A stretch of 64,000 nt of DNA from Barthelona sp. PCE (taxonomy: Eukaryota). Shown here in pieces: positions 39,636 to 51,005 of the stretch. A model generated the notes under the pieces. That model was not told the DNA's origin. It did not search any database and saw only the letters and a list, made by a program, of their open reading frames with translations. The stretch covers positions 744,001-808,000 of the forward strand of contig JAUFOR010000002.1 in the NCBI GenBank assembly GCA_040285745.1, written 5' to 3'. Position numbers and translations under genes: made by a program. Positions within the stretch are counted from its first letter, which is position 1. Each line of letters begins with the position of its first letter.

Positions 39636-41422
39636 AGCTTTCTCTCATATTCATTCCACATATCCTGCCTCTTCAACAAGAGTTCCTTCTTCCGAGCTAG
39701 CTCTTCACGTATGTTTTTTCGTTTATCAACATGCTCATAGCGAGGTTTCCGCGTAATTTGTGGTTCCAAGCCGCTGGAGTTGCGTGTTTCAAGTAAAACA
39801 TTAGGGTTCATAACTTGCACGTTTCCATAACGAGCCATATTTGGCCGAGGAGGCCCTTCAATACTGCTGCTGACTCCATTATTTGCATATTCGACTGATG
39901 CGTGTGTGGCGTTCATCTTCTCCTTCATCACAAATCGATCGTTCTGACTCTTATATACATCTAACAACTCCAACAATTTTTCACGTTCATCTAAAAGCTT
40001 TTGATTCTCTGTTCTCACCTTTGATACGGTTGTTTCAAAGGTTAATTCGCGCTCTTCATTACGTGATTGGTGATCTACTACAAATTTCATCTCATCCTTC
40101 ATGGTATCAACAGCTTTCTTCAATCTCGAATTTTTGCTCTTAATCTCTTCGTTTTCTTTAGATATTTCTCGATATTTCTTTTGGTAATCACCGAAACTAT
40201 TCCTCATATCTTCGTATCTCCTCTTTAAACCTTCGTAATTGTTCATTTCTTCTAATAAATCATTGCATTTTGATTTATATGTGCTTAGCCTCTCTTTGTC
40301 GGCCTCATGCTTCAACTTATACACCTTTAGATCATCTTGTAAACTATCTTTTTGTCTTTCTAACTCTTCTGTTTTAACAACTAAGGAGTGATACTTCTTC
40401 AATGACTCTTCGGTTAACTGACTAATCTTATCATTAATCAAATTATGATAATCCTTTCTGTACTGTGAAATTGACTTCTTCAAATCATTTGTTAATTGAT
40501 TCTTTTCCAAAAGTTCTTCTTCCTTACTCTTGAGTTGATCAATCAATTTTGTCTGCTTCTTGAGGTTAAGCTCATTCTCATGGCGCAAAGTACTGATCAG
40601 ATGATCGTTATTGATCTTTTCATTCTCAAATTCAACAAGACGAGTTTGTAGTTCATCAACCTGTTTTCTTCGATCCAATTGCATGACTTTTATAGTGTTT
40701 TTCGTTTCACTTTCGATCTTGTTAATGTCTTTAGCAAGGTTTTCGTGTATCCTTGAGTGCTTAGCAATAGCCTCTTCTTTGCTAACCTTCATATCATGCA
40801 GCATCCTTTCAAGGGCTTCATTCTTATTCCTTTCCGTTTCATAGTTGTGTTTCAGGTGCGAAAGCTCGTTCTCGAGGTGAAAAACACGGTTGTTCTCCTT
40901 GCTAATATCACCACGCAACTCTGTGATGCGGGTTTCGTAGTGTTCAGCATTTTGAGATAAAACTTGATCAAGTCTCCTGCTTGACTCACGTCTGGCCGTC
41001 TCCAACGCCTCCTCAGAAAGCAAGATCTTGTCCCTGAGCGTTGTAATTGTCTGCTCAAACGCTTTACGATTGTTATCGAGCTGCTGCTCATAATACCGCT
41101 GTTCTTCAGCATTTTTGTGCTGAAGCGTTGCTACTTCATCGTGTAGTCGCGCTCTGAGGATGTCGTTGTCCTTTATAACGTCTTTTAAACGAGTTTGAAT
41201 CTGCGCATTCTCAATTTTTAGTTCGCTAACAAGATTACGAGTTTCTGACTGCTCAACCTTGTACTTGCTGATGTCGCTATCGAGATTATGCAACTCCTCA
41301 TCCCGTAAATCTAGTACACGAAGATTATGCAAAAAATCTTCTTTTAGCTGCTGCAGCATCGTTTCAAGATCACGGATTTTGTCATCTTTCTCCCGGGAAT
41401 TCCTGCAATGCTCACAAGTCAT
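39632..41422 (-). CDS. Coiled-coil centrosomal protein, CCDC57-like
   Basis: 'LKEDFLHNLRVLDLRDEEL' resembles the CCDC57 N-terminal motif; long coiled coil. ATG at 41422. Confidence 0.55.
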   Translation of the reverse strand: MTCEHCRNSREKDDKIRDLETMLQQLKEDFLHNLRVLDLRDEELHNLDSDISKYKVEQSETRNLVSELKIENAQIQTRLKDVIKDNDILRARLHDEVATLQHKNAEEQRYYEQQLDNNRKAFEQTITTLRDKILLSEEALETARRESSRRLDQVLSQNAEHYETRITELRGDISKENNRVFHLENELSHLKHNYETERNKNEALERMLHDMKVSKEEAIAKHSRIHENLAKDINKIESETKNTIKVMQLDRRKQVDELQTRLVEFENEKINNDHLISTLRHENELNLKKQTKLIDQLKSKEEELLEKNQLTNDLKKSISQYRKDYHNLINDKISQLTEESLKKYHSLVVKTEELERQKDSLQDDLKVYKLKHEADKERLSTYKSKCNDLLEEMNNYEGLKRRYEDMRNSFGDYQKKYREISKENEEIKSKNSRLKKAVDTMKDEMKFVVDHQSRNEERELTFETTVSKVRTENQKLLDEREKLLELLDVYKSQNDRFVMKEKMNATHASVEYANNGVSSSIEGPPRPNMARYGNVQVMNPNVLLETRNSSGLEPQITRKPRYEHVDKRKNIREELARKKELLLKRQDMWNEYERKL

Positions 41423-41673
41423 TGAAAAGGGATGATTTATGAAGAACAATTTACTACGTCAATTTTAATGATATATGGACTAATACATCATAGGTAAACT
41501 ATTCACTGTGTCTATATACCGCTGAAGCAAAAAACCAAGCTGAGCAATCATTTGTGGACCGTCAAATTAATATGCAGGCTGTACCTCACAATTACATTTG
41601 AATAATCTTTAAAAAGGGATATACAACTGCAATGACTCACAGCTGATTAATTTATTTATACTATTTGTAAAAG

Positions 41674-42603
41674 TTACATTTTCATTAGCAATTCCCTATA
41701 CTTCTTTCTGGCTGTCTGGGCTTTCTTAGGAATCAGGGCGATGGCTGCCTCCTCCTGAAACTCTCGAGTTTTAAGCGTATACCAACCAGGCCTCGGTTCC
41801 CTCACTTTCTCAATCTCATCCTTCGTCCTCTCTACTGTAAACTCCTTTTCTTTTCTTCTAAGATCCTCTAAATACAGCTCACATGCTTGTAGTACCTCGC
41901 TAGTGTCCTCAGGATCCAACTCATCAATGATCTTCGGGTCTGGGAACCCTTGAGAATTTCCTAATTCCGCGTATAATGCGTGGATACCAGATCTATGCCC
42001 TGTCTTCTCGACAAAAGGTATGTCCTCCTCCTTATCAGTGTACAGATCAGCTGTATGACTGCTGATATCATTCACACTACGTTCATTCATCCTAACGTCT
42101 AATTCGCAACTTTCCAACATATCACTATGATACTCCTTTTTAAACCATAAGGCCATTGCGTCTGGGTCATCACTGGGTATATGAGGTTGAGGTACTGTTT
42201 CTCTAGCTGTTTCTTCAAAAACCAACTGCTCACGAGCTTTGACTGGCTTTTTTTTATGCATTACTTCTGGGGGTATTTTGGCATTTGGGGACTTGAGAGA
42301 GAACCTTGCTGACATCTTAGGTTCAGCAGGGGGTGCAAAAAGACGCTCTTCCTTAACAATGCGATCTAATACTCTCAACTGCTTCACAAGTTTAAATTGT
42401 GCCCTATTGAGCGCACCTCCGTCTACCAGAGCCGGCAGTTGCCCCATAACCTCCGTCAACATCGATGTCAAGCGACTGCACTCCTCAGAAGTTACAACGC
42501 GTTTTGAATTACTGACCTTGGATGGCGGTTTGTGCATCTTAACTGGCACACCGCTGATGCCCAGCCCCTTTTTGACACGTTTTGCTCGAGAAGAAGGTGG
42601 CAT
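41674..42603 (-). CDS. Hypothetical protein
   Basis: 309-aa ORF with C-terminal 'PRPGWYTLKTREFQEEA'; AATAAA downstream on the minus strand. Confidence 0.65.
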   Translation of the reverse strand: MPPSSRAKRVKKGLGISGVPVKMHKPPSKVSNSKRVVTSEECSRLTSMLTEVMGQLPALVDGGALNRAQFKLVKQLRVLDRIVKEERLFAPPAEPKMSARFSLKSPNAKIPPEVMHKKKPVKAREQLVFEETARETVPQPHIPSDDPDAMALWFKKEYHSDMLESCELDVRMNERSVNDISSHTADLYTDKEEDIPFVEKTGHRSGIHALYAELGNSQGFPDPKIIDELDPEDTSEVLQACELYLEDLRRKEKEFTVERTKDEIEKVREPRPGWYTLKTREFQEEAAIALIPKKAQTARKKYRELLMKM

Positions 42604-42676
42604 TTGTTAAAACGTTATGTAAACCACTTTCTCTCCTTCATCTGGGCTTTTATTTACGGGTAAGCTTGCATACACT

Positions 42677-45600
42677 ATGTCAATTGATTTGCAATCCGAA
42701 TATCAAGCATACCTAGAGGGTGCAGAAGAGGATTTACTCAATTCTGCCTCTGAAGACGAGCTAATCGACCCTTCTACACTAGAAGACAGCCAAATAATGG
42801 AAGATGATGAGGATGAGTTCTTTTTTGTACAAGAACGACCTACAGAACGTCCTCCTCTCACTAATTTGGGCAGCCGATTAACAACAGAAGATTACGATGA
42901 CTTTATATGCCACACCGTCACTCCAAGGAAAAAAGAAAGCGAACCACAACGACGATATGTTGAAGATTTACCGCAATGGATGGTGCCCTGCTTTTCGGGT
43001 ATCCACACTTTCAACACTTTGCAGAGTCATGTGTTTGACACTGTTTTCGGCAGCAATATCAATTTGCTCATCGGTGCACCGACAGGAGCAGGTAAAACAA
43101 ACGTTGCGCTTTTCTCTATTCTTCACGCATATTCCATATTTAAAAAAACAAATCAGCCTCTTTCTGAATTCAAGTGCGTGTACATTGCCCCGATGCGCTC
43201 CCTAGTCCAAGAAGTTGTCCGTAACTTTACAAACAGACTGGCGTTTTTAAACTTTCACGTTGTAGAGATGACTGGTGATACATTTCTTTCTTTAGATCAG
43301 ATGAAGACGAGCAACATCGTCATATGCACACCTGAGAAGTGGGACGTCATTACTCGTAAGGATAACCATAGGAATATAAGCAATCTTGTCAGGGTTCTTA
43401 TTATTGATGAGATCCATCTGTTACACGATGAACGAGGCGCCGTTCTCGAAAGCGTGGTCACCCGCGTCGACATGGAGACAACTCGTGTTGTGGCTCTAAG
43501 TGCTACTCTCCCGAACTACAAGGATGTTTCCGAGTTTCTCAACGTACCTTCTGAAGGATGTATGATCTTAGGCTCCGAGCACCGCCCTGTTCCACTCACG
43601 ACAAAGTTCGTTGGCGTACGTACTTCCTTGAACCGAAAAGACGCCATGGATGAGCGATGCGGAGATATCGTTGAGACCATGCTTGAGATGGATCATCAAA
43701 CGCTAGTGTTTGTGCATTCCAGAACAGAGACTGCCCGTGTGGCCCGGTACATTACAGGCAGGTTCGACAAGGAGAAGCTTATTGCTGAAGACGCTAGTGA
43801 GTTCATGGCAACACATGATGTGTCAATAACTAATCTTTCAGAATGTCTTCAGTCGGGTGTGGGATTCCACCACGCAGGCATGAATCGGGCGGACAGGCAA
43901 CTGGTCGAAGATCTCTTCGCACAAGGTCTACTAAAAGTTCTCGTGTGCACAGCCACCTTGGCTTGGGGTGTTAACCTTCCCGCATACTGTGTTTGTATCA
44001 GAGGCACTACTGTCTATGTCAACGGGCGCTACAACGATCTGAGCAGTCTTGATGTTGCCCAGATGCTTGGAAGAGCTGGGCGTCCCAGTTTCGATAAGGA
44101 AGGTCTTGGTGTTGTCATCACTACGGAGCCAAAGGTGGATGCGTACGTTAACCTCGTTCAGCACCAGCTTCCAGTACGCAGCAGCATGCTTCCGTACTTT
44201 GTTGACAGTCTTAATGCCGAGATTGTAGCGTATCGTATCATTAATGAAGATTCGGCTATCCAGTGGATGCGTAAAACGTATTTGGGCCAGCAGATCAGAG
44301 GAAATCCCGTATTCTATGGGCTTAAGGATACAAATTCTTTTGAAGAAAACTGTCTCTTCATAATACGGAAGGCTGTACGACTTCTACGTGGATATGGTAT
44401 GATTTCAGACAGTGGAATCGATATGCTGTACATCCCAACGTTCCTAGGGAAGATCGCATCGTATTATTACGTTGACGTCAAGACAGTTGTTCACTTTTTT
44501 AAGACCCTTGATCCGACCATGATGGAGTACCATTTGTTTGCTCTTTTGGCACAAGCTGATGAGTTGAAGCAGATACGCGTGAAACCTGACGAGAGAAGCG
44601 TACTTAAGGAACTGAGCAGAAAGCTCCCATTTCCAGTTTGTGTCTCCCTCGATCGTAACGGTAACGAGTTTAAGACAATAGTGCTCATGATGATGTACAT
44701 ATCTTACCTGTCAGACCCCACTGGTAACATATCAGCAGACCTCAGTTACATAAGTCAAAGTTGTGCACGTCTCATGCGTTGTTTGTTTGAGATCGCTCAG
44801 CTGAAAGGATACAGTGATGTATGCAGTCTGTGTTTACGGTTGTCCATCAGTTTCGAGCAGAGACTATGGGATGTGTTCAATCCTCTCACACAGTTGAAGA
44901 TCAAACCATCAATTATCAAACAGCTCAACAGGAAAAGTATTGATTACCTTGATTTATTAAAGTTGAATGTTGCTCAGTTGACAGAGTTGTTATCAGATCA
45001 TGTGGCTGCTGAGATGCTGTATGAACAACTACAGACAATTCCATACTTTGAAATTAATGCGAAAGTGAGGCCAATAACAGCTGTGCACTGTGAAGTTATT
45101 GTTGATTTTGTTCCAGAGTTTAAAACAACGAGTGATAACACTGTTGAGCCGTTCTGGGTCATGATCGTTGACGATAGCGGAGAGATACTACACAACGAAA
45201 TGTTATTAATTCGGTTGTCAAGGTTTCTCAAATCATTCAAGCGAAGATTTTTCGTTACAATATCATCACCCACACCGGTTGTTCTATTCGTGAGGATGGT
45301 CAGCGACCGTCACTTAGGACTGCGCTTCGATGCCAACTGCTTCTTTGGCTTCAACCCACAGTTACCCAAACTCCTTCCATCAACATTGAAGGAAACTGAG
45401 CCCATCAAAGATTTCGAATCGAGCTTTGCCCTCGCGGAGCCGTATGAGTCCCTCATATTGAAACTTCGTGAGATTTGCGATGTTGATAACTGCATTGTGG
45501 TTATCAATGATGTGAATATAGCAAAGCAGATATTGGAATTGGGGTTCACACGCACATTACCAGGCATTGACAACACAGAATCAACGCGGCACGTTGCCTC

Positions 45601-47389
45601 ATATAACGAGCTGTATGTTGGAGTACACAACTATGAGCTTAGCATTGACTCCATATCTAACATCATTCTGTGGGATGCACACCATATCACTGTGGATGCT
45701 AAATGCGAAGTGACGCTGCTCCGTCTTCGTATTTTGATGTCACAGCTTGATTTCCTTCCCCGCGTTGTTTTGTGTGCACGCCCATTTTATGATATTAAAC
45801 TACTCGCTGATATGTTCAAGTGCCCGTTTACATTTTACACATATGACAGCGAGAGGTATAATATTGTTACATTCACACAGAAGCACGCTACGACACGCCG
45901 CAAGGTCGCCTCTCGTATGATCGGACAGTTCACCAGCGAGACACGCGTTCTTCTTCTCTGTCTTGATAAAGAAGATGTTGACTTCGAAAACCTACCGTGC
46001 AATGTCCAGCTACACACATTCTCTCAGTTGGATAGCATCGACAATAGTTTTGATGTGTGCCTGGTGCTTGATGTGCAGTATACAACGATTGAGAACAAAA
46101 TGCAAATGATGAGCGCGTATCACCTGCAAAAGTGTATTGAGTTGGCAGAAACCGCCATCTTCTGTGTTCAACACGGCAGAGAGGCCGAGGTTGAGCACAT
46201 GCTGCTTTACGGAGACCCATATGCAACCAATCTTACCGATACTACTACTCTTTCTACAAACATTCTCACTGATATGTATAACGAAATTATTAGTGACCCT
46301 GGGAGCGCAGTGACATGGCTCACGTGGTCTGTGTGGTACCATCACATCCAGATGAATCCGTTTATCTACGACTTAACAGCATCAACAACAAAGGCAATAT
46401 CAAAATTTTTCTCTATGAACGTGATTGCTGCGTTCAATACGATGGTTACCGACGCACTGTATGTTTCCGATGAGATCACAAAGGTTGGAACGTTTATTTC
46501 CGAATTCGGTGTTTCATCAGAAGCTGTTTTGAAAATGAAAAAGGGCATCACTGAAAACAGGCCGCGATCAATCGCCGATGTCCTTTTGTTGTGTTCTGAG
46601 GCTAACTCCACTGGAAGTGATGCGTTCTGCATTTTTGAGGACCAATTGTACGAAGCATCTGACTACTTTGATGAAGGTAACGGTATTTTTCAGATATCAA
46701 TTGATTATTTATCTAATTTCGACGTTTTTGCCTGTTATTGTGTAGAAATGAGATTCAATACTACTGTTATCAATTCAGAAATCCTTCATAACATTGTTCA
46801 CATGTTATTCTTTGTTGTAGAATATTCAACAATCGTGCTCGATGTTGAACTCGCCGTTTACGCCATCGTACTGGCAAGATCAATTGTTCAGGGCCTACCT
46901 CCAAATGCAAACCCACTTCAACAGCTGCCTTATTTCAAAGAAGAGCATGCGCGCCACGCTGAATCTTTAGGAATAGTAACTGTGACTGATCTACTCGATG
47001 CAGAAGATGAGATACGTGACGAATGTCTTGGATTTTTGAATGGAAACAACGAAATGATTGAAGAAATTGCAAATTACGCGAATTCATTCCCTTATATTGA
47101 AGTCACGTGCGATGTTGAGCATGAAACACTTAAAATTGAGCTTTCCTATGATGAGGACTTTGAATACGCAATTACTAGAACAGAGATTGGCATGTTGCCT
47201 CACTTTTTTTACATATTCGTAACAGACGCTGATACTGAAGAGACTCTTAGTGGACAAACTGCATTCATCGAAGACCATGATGTTTTCAAGGTAGATGTTT
47301 CTGAGTTCAAATGCGAAAGCGTAAAAGTACAAATTTTCTCAGCAACCTGTTTAGGAAATGATTATGTCGAGCAAATTTCTTTAAAATGA
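42677..47389 (+). CDS. BRR2: U5 snRNP Ski2-like helicase Brr2/SNRNP200-like, shortened
   Basis: APTGAGKTN, 'YIAPMRSLVQE', 'TPEKWDVITRK', DEIH, LSAT, 'HHAGM', 'TATLAWGVNLPA', 'QMLGRAGRP'. Two Sec63 units, the last containing 'PLQQLPYF..EH...TVTDLLDAEDEIRDECL'. Confidence 0.8.
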   Translation: MSIDLQSEYQAYLEGAEEDLLNSASEDELIDPSTLEDSQIMEDDEDEFFFVQERPTERPPLTNLGSRLTTEDYDDFICHTVTPRKKESEPQRRYVEDLPQWMVPCFSGIHTFNTLQSHVFDTVFGSNINLLIGAPTGAGKTNVALFSILHAYSIFKKTNQPLSEFKCVYIAPMRSLVQEVVRNFTNRLAFLNFHVVEMTGDTFLSLDQMKTSNIVICTPEKWDVITRKDNHRNISNLVRVLIIDEIHLLHDERGAVLESVVTRVDMETTRVVALSATLPNYKDVSEFLNVPSEGCMILGSEHRPVPLTTKFVGVRTSLNRKDAMDERCGDIVETMLEMDHQTLVFVHSRTETARVARYITGRFDKEKLIAEDASEFMATHDVSITNLSECLQSGVGFHHAGMNRADRQLVEDLFAQGLLKVLVCTATLAWGVNLPAYCVCIRGTTVYVNGRYNDLSSLDVAQMLGRAGRPSFDKEGLGVVITTEPKVDAYVNLVQHQLPVRSSMLPYFVDSLNAEIVAYRIINEDSAIQWMRKTYLGQQIRGNPVFYGLKDTNSFEENCLFIIRKAVRLLRGYGMISDSGIDMLYIPTFLGKIASYYYVDVKTVVHFFKTLDPTMMEYHLFALLAQADELKQIRVKPDERSVLKELSRKLPFPVCVSLDRNGNEFKTIVLMMMYISYLSDPTGNISADLSYISQSCARLMRCLFEIAQLKGYSDVCSLCLRLSISFEQRLWDVFNPLTQLKIKPSIIKQLNRKSIDYLDLLKLNVAQLTELLSDHVAAEMLYEQLQTIPYFEINAKVRPITAVHCEVIVDFVPEFKTTSDNTVEPFWVMIVDDSGEILHNEMLLIRLSRFLKSFKRRFFVTISSPTPVVLFVRMVSDRHLGLRFDANCFFGFNPQLPKLLPSTLKETEPIKDFESSFALAEPYESLILKLREICDVDNCIVVINDVNIAKQILELGFTRTLPGIDNTESTRHVASYNELYVGVHNYELSIDSISNIILWDAHHITVDAKCEVTLLRLRILMSQLDFLPRVVLCARPFYDIKLLADMFKCPFTFYTYDSERYNIVTFTQKHATTRRKVASRMIGQFTSETRVLLLCLDKEDVDFENLPCNVQLHTFSQLDSIDNSFDVCLVLDVQYTTIENKMQMMSAYHLQKCIELAETAIFCVQHGREAEVEHMLLYGDPYATNLTDTTTLSTNILTDMYNEIISDPGSAVTWLTWSVWYHHIQMNPFIYDLTASTTKAISKFFSMNVIAAFNTMVTDALYVSDEITKVGTFISEFGVSSEAVLKMKKGITENRPRSIADVLLLCSEANSTGSDAFCIFEDQLYEASDYFDEGNGIFQISIDYLSNFDVFACYCVEMRFNTTVINSEILHNIVHMLFFVVEYSTIVLDVELAVYAIVLARSIVQGLPPNANPLQQLPYFKEEHARHAESLGIVTVTDLLDAEDEIRDECLGFLNGNNEMIEEIANYANSFPYIEVTCDVEHETLKIELSYDEDFEYAITRTEIGMLPHFFYIFVTDADTEETLSGQTAFIEDHDVFKVDVSEFKCESVKVQIFSATCLGNDYVEQISLK

Positions 47390-47557
47390 AAATAAGCTTT
47401 CATTCATGGACTTCATTTTTATGAAAGATACAATACAGGACTTAAAAAACTAAGTAAACATTCAAACATTGAAATTCTTGTTACTGCGTTTTTGCCCCCT
47501 CTCTATTGACCTTTCAATTTTGTTCTTGTTTCAAAGAACGTTTTCACGCATTCCCCA

Positions 47558-49729
47558 ATGGATAAATTGAATGAGATTATCAACAGCGTTGATTTAAGCA
47601 AACTTTGTGATGTGGATCTTTCTCAGCAAGGTCTGACAGATCTCACTGATCTTGTACCCATTTTAGCCGAGATTCCAAACTTGAAAGTATGATACATTAA
47701 AGCTTCTTTATTAAAAAATTTTAATTTTTAGAGTCTTGATTTGTCTCACAACAGTCTTGAGTTCCTCCCTGTTTCACTAGAAGATCTGAAAACGATTGAG
47801 TTTCTTGATATCTCCCACAACAGCTTCAAAGATGTCAGCCTGATCATCAGCGGATTAAGTTCTCTTCCCAACCTCATCAGTTTAAACATCAACTTTGAGG
47901 ACGTTGTCCAGGAGGACGAGATTCTGATTGTTCTTGAGAATCTTCGAATCTTTAACGGTATTAGTCTGGTTGATAACGTTGTATTCGCCAACTCACCTGT
48001 CCAATCAAGCACTAGCACCCTCCAGCAGGCAAAGGAGTCCTTCAAACAAGCCAAGGAAGAGTTCAAACGCATGAATTTCAAGCCAATTCAATTTGTTGAG
48101 GATGATTCCATCATTGATCTACTTCTTTCTCAAGAATCAGAGGTCCCCGAGGATCTCCTTGTCAAATTCAAGGAGATTTTTAGCTACAACTCACTTGATC
48201 TTAGCGAAGATGACCTTAAGCAGACAACTTCTCTTATTCAACGTATTATTGATTTATGTAACCTAGAAGACCGTAACTCGTTGAGGGAGTCGTTTTCCAA
48301 TAAGTGCAATGAGATTTTCAGTGAATTGAGAAATTTTGTTAATTCTGATGAAAATTTTATGATTTTGTCAAAGTTTTTTGAAATTTTGATAACTAAATAT
48401 AAGCTATATGACCTTTTACAAACGTACATGATCAACTATTTAACCAACGGTGAGCTGTTTAATATTTTTGTAATTATTCAGAAGAGTCTTCGTGATACCC
48501 TCATTTCCCTTCGTAATCTGTTCTATAACGCCATACTCATCTTTCAGAAAAAGAATTTCTCTCAAAAGGAGGAGAACAGCAAACTGAAGACTGATACTGA
48601 GAGCCTTATCCAAGCAGCAGAGAATCTAACCATTGCGAAGGATTCTTCAAAGTTCCAACTTGAAGCTGAGCTTCGTGACGCAAAGAACGAGATCAGGCAA
48701 TTGAAGGAGGAAATGGGTATGCTCAATTGGCAAAACGAGAAGCTGAGAATTGATAATCGCAAACTCCAGCTCAAACTTCACAGAAAGAACGGTGGATATT
48801 CAGTAACAGAGGCTTCACGCGTCACCGCCAAGACTGACCTGCAGGGTGCTCAAAGAGGTTATGTCATCAAAGAAGCACACACACCTGTCGTTAATATGTC
48901 TACCTCTGTATCACCTTCTAAGCAACACCGTATGAATGAGGGACTATCAGGAGCCAAGTCAGGCAAGAATTATAGGAGCATGACCATCAAGCAGGTCCAT
49001 GACATGATCACTGAAATTATTGGTGCAAAGGAACATCTTGATAGTATCAACAAGCATGCTAGCACCATGAAGGAGCATGTAACCACCTACTTGAACCAGA
49101 AATACGGACTCAGGACACTCATCAACGAGATGTCATTCAGTCTTGGTAACGCCGTTTCACGTAACAAGGGAGACGCTCTCTCGAGATTCTTTGGTGCCAT
49201 ATATAACAACGAGTGTGATGAAAATTTCTACTATGTTCTGCAGCAAGTTGAAGACACGATCCATTCTCTTGTCTTAGTCTATTATCGTAACAAACACCCC
49301 AACTATCCTGAAGCAAAGTGCCGTAAAATGACGGATAAGACATTGGGACAACATGGGTTGCTCGTTGAAGAACTGTATCAGGATATCATTGCACATTTGT
49401 ATGAGGAAGATACTGCCCTCACCATTATAATGGGTGTTCGTGAACTCACCAACCCTCAAAATAAGATCAAAGCACCTGATTTCATCAATACGTTACAGAG
49501 ACATGCTTTAGAGGCCCACATTACGTTTTTGAAGACTTTTGTTGATTATTGGAGGAGATATGACTATCAAAACGTTGGTTTCGTCACCAAAGAAGATTTT
49601 GAAATTCTTTGCTCCAGTGCAAAACTGAATCTACCTCAGCTGTCGGAGGAGATTGAAAGAGTCAATTTCTCAGAAGCTGTTGACTTGCTGAGTCAGCCAA
49701 TCTCAGAGCAATGGTTTGATCACCTTTAA
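47558..49729 (+). CDS. LRR plus coiled-coil protein with C-terminal EF-hand-like region; exons 47558-47686 + 47732-49729
   Basis: LRRs 'LCDVDLSQQGL', 'LKSLDLSHNSL' (across the splice junction) and 'IEFLDISHNSF'; block 'TYLNQKYGL...FGAIYNNECDENF'. Confidence 0.75.
47687..47731 (+). other. Spliceosomal intron (45 nt, phase 0) in the LRR gene
   Basis: AAA|GTATGA...TTTAATTTTTAG|AGT; splicing completes the LRR LKSLDLSHN. Confidence 0.85.
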
Positions 49730-49777
49730 TTGGTTTTGTAATTCATCTGTAAAAAACTTGCATCCTTATCACCAAAT

Positions 49778-50979
49778 AATAAAGAGTAAACAACATTTAC
49801 TGCATGCGACTAGCGACCGAAGAAGCTCTTCTTCTCAGCGGAAACCTGGAACTGGCCGTGGCCCATCTTGGAAGATGTATCAATGAACTTGATGTTGAGC
49901 TCCTCAGTGAGGACGGAACGCTTAGGCTTGACGAGGGTCTTACGAAGAGTGACGGCACGCTTCTTGGGACCAACAACGGAACCACGGATCATGAGGAAAT
50001 CGTTGCTGACGACACCGTAGTGAGGGAAACCACCCATAGGAGTGATATCCTTATCAGTGATATCGTACTCAGTGGAAGCGGACTTACCAGACTTACCATT
50101 GTCAAGACGGTAGATACGCTTGTTCATCTCGGTACGGTGATGGAAACCCTTCTGACCGGCACGAGGAACAGTCCACTCAATACGACGGGGGTTCCAGGAT
50201 GAGATACAACCAATACCACGGACATAGTGATTAGACTTACGGGGCAGAATACGAACGTGATAACGAGAGACGGTACCCTTGAAACCCTTACCCTTGGAGA
50301 TTGAGATACAATCAAGGCACTCACCTTCTTCGAAGATGTCACCGATCTTGATCTCCTTGGTGAGGAGGTTTCTAGCGTACTGAATCTTATCAGCGATAGA
50401 ACCACCGTTAACCTGGATCTCAATAATGTGAGCCTTCTTCTGGGTGATAGGAACGTGCTGCATTTGGGTATGGCAGATAACACGGACAATCTGACAGTGC
50501 TTGGCGATCAAAGCGAGCTTCTTGTTGAACTCCTTATCGTCGAAGTTGCTGGTGTGGCTGTTGAAAGCACGTTGCTTGGAACGGTACCAGTTCTTGTAGA
50601 AACGACGCTTGACACCTTCGTCAAGGGTCTTGGCCCAGACGGTAGTGAGGGTACGCAGACCACGGGGGGTCTCGACGTAACCAACAACACCGACAACACG
50701 CATAGGGGGACAATCGAGGACAGTAACGCACTCTAAAGCCTCAGCCTCGTGACGAGTGGACTTGGGACGGTTGAGCTGACGGACAACGTGGGTTGAACCG
50801 GCCTTGAAACCGATGAAACCGGTAAGATGACAAGGCTTGGAGGCGTCATCTCTGGGGAAGGCCTTAATGCGACCACGACCGCGGCGACAGCGCTTACGGG
50901 GGAGGAAACCAAGGTTACCGTGGCGGGGAGCTTCGAACTTACGATGAGACATGATATGGCGTTCTTTTGTGAAAGGAGA
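49778..50979. repeat. Left arm of a 1,202-bp inverted repeat (RPL3 unit); partner at 56433-57634
   Basis: Identical protein and identical shadow-frame translations; 27 nt of 5' flank and 32 nt of 3' flank are shared. Confidence 0.92.
49810..50952 (-). CDS. RPL3: 60S ribosomal protein L3 (uL3), copy 1
   Basis: 'MSHRKFEAPRHGNLGFLPRKR', 'RAGQKGFHHRTE', 'ITPMGGFPHYG' and 'FIDTSSKMGHG'. Confidence 0.97.
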   Translation of the reverse strand: MSHRKFEAPRHGNLGFLPRKRCRRGRGRIKAFPRDDASKPCHLTGFIGFKAGSTHVVRQLNRPKSTRHEAEALECVTVLDCPPMRVVGVVGYVETPRGLRTLTTVWAKTLDEGVKRRFYKNWYRSKQRAFNSHTSNFDDKEFNKKLALIAKHCQIVRVICHTQMQHVPITQKKAHIIEIQVNGGSIADKIQYARNLLTKEIKIGDIFEEGECLDCISISKGKGFKGTVSRYHVRILPRKSNHYVRGIGCISSWNPRRIEWTVPRAGQKGFHHRTEMNKRIYRLDNGKSGKSASTEYDITDKDITPMGGFPHYGVVSNDFLMIRGSVVGPKKRAVTLRKTLVKPKRSVLTEELNIKFIDTSSKMGHGQFQVSAEKKSFFGR

Positions 50980-51005
50980 AATTATTTATTTTTTTAGCAC
51001 TGTCT

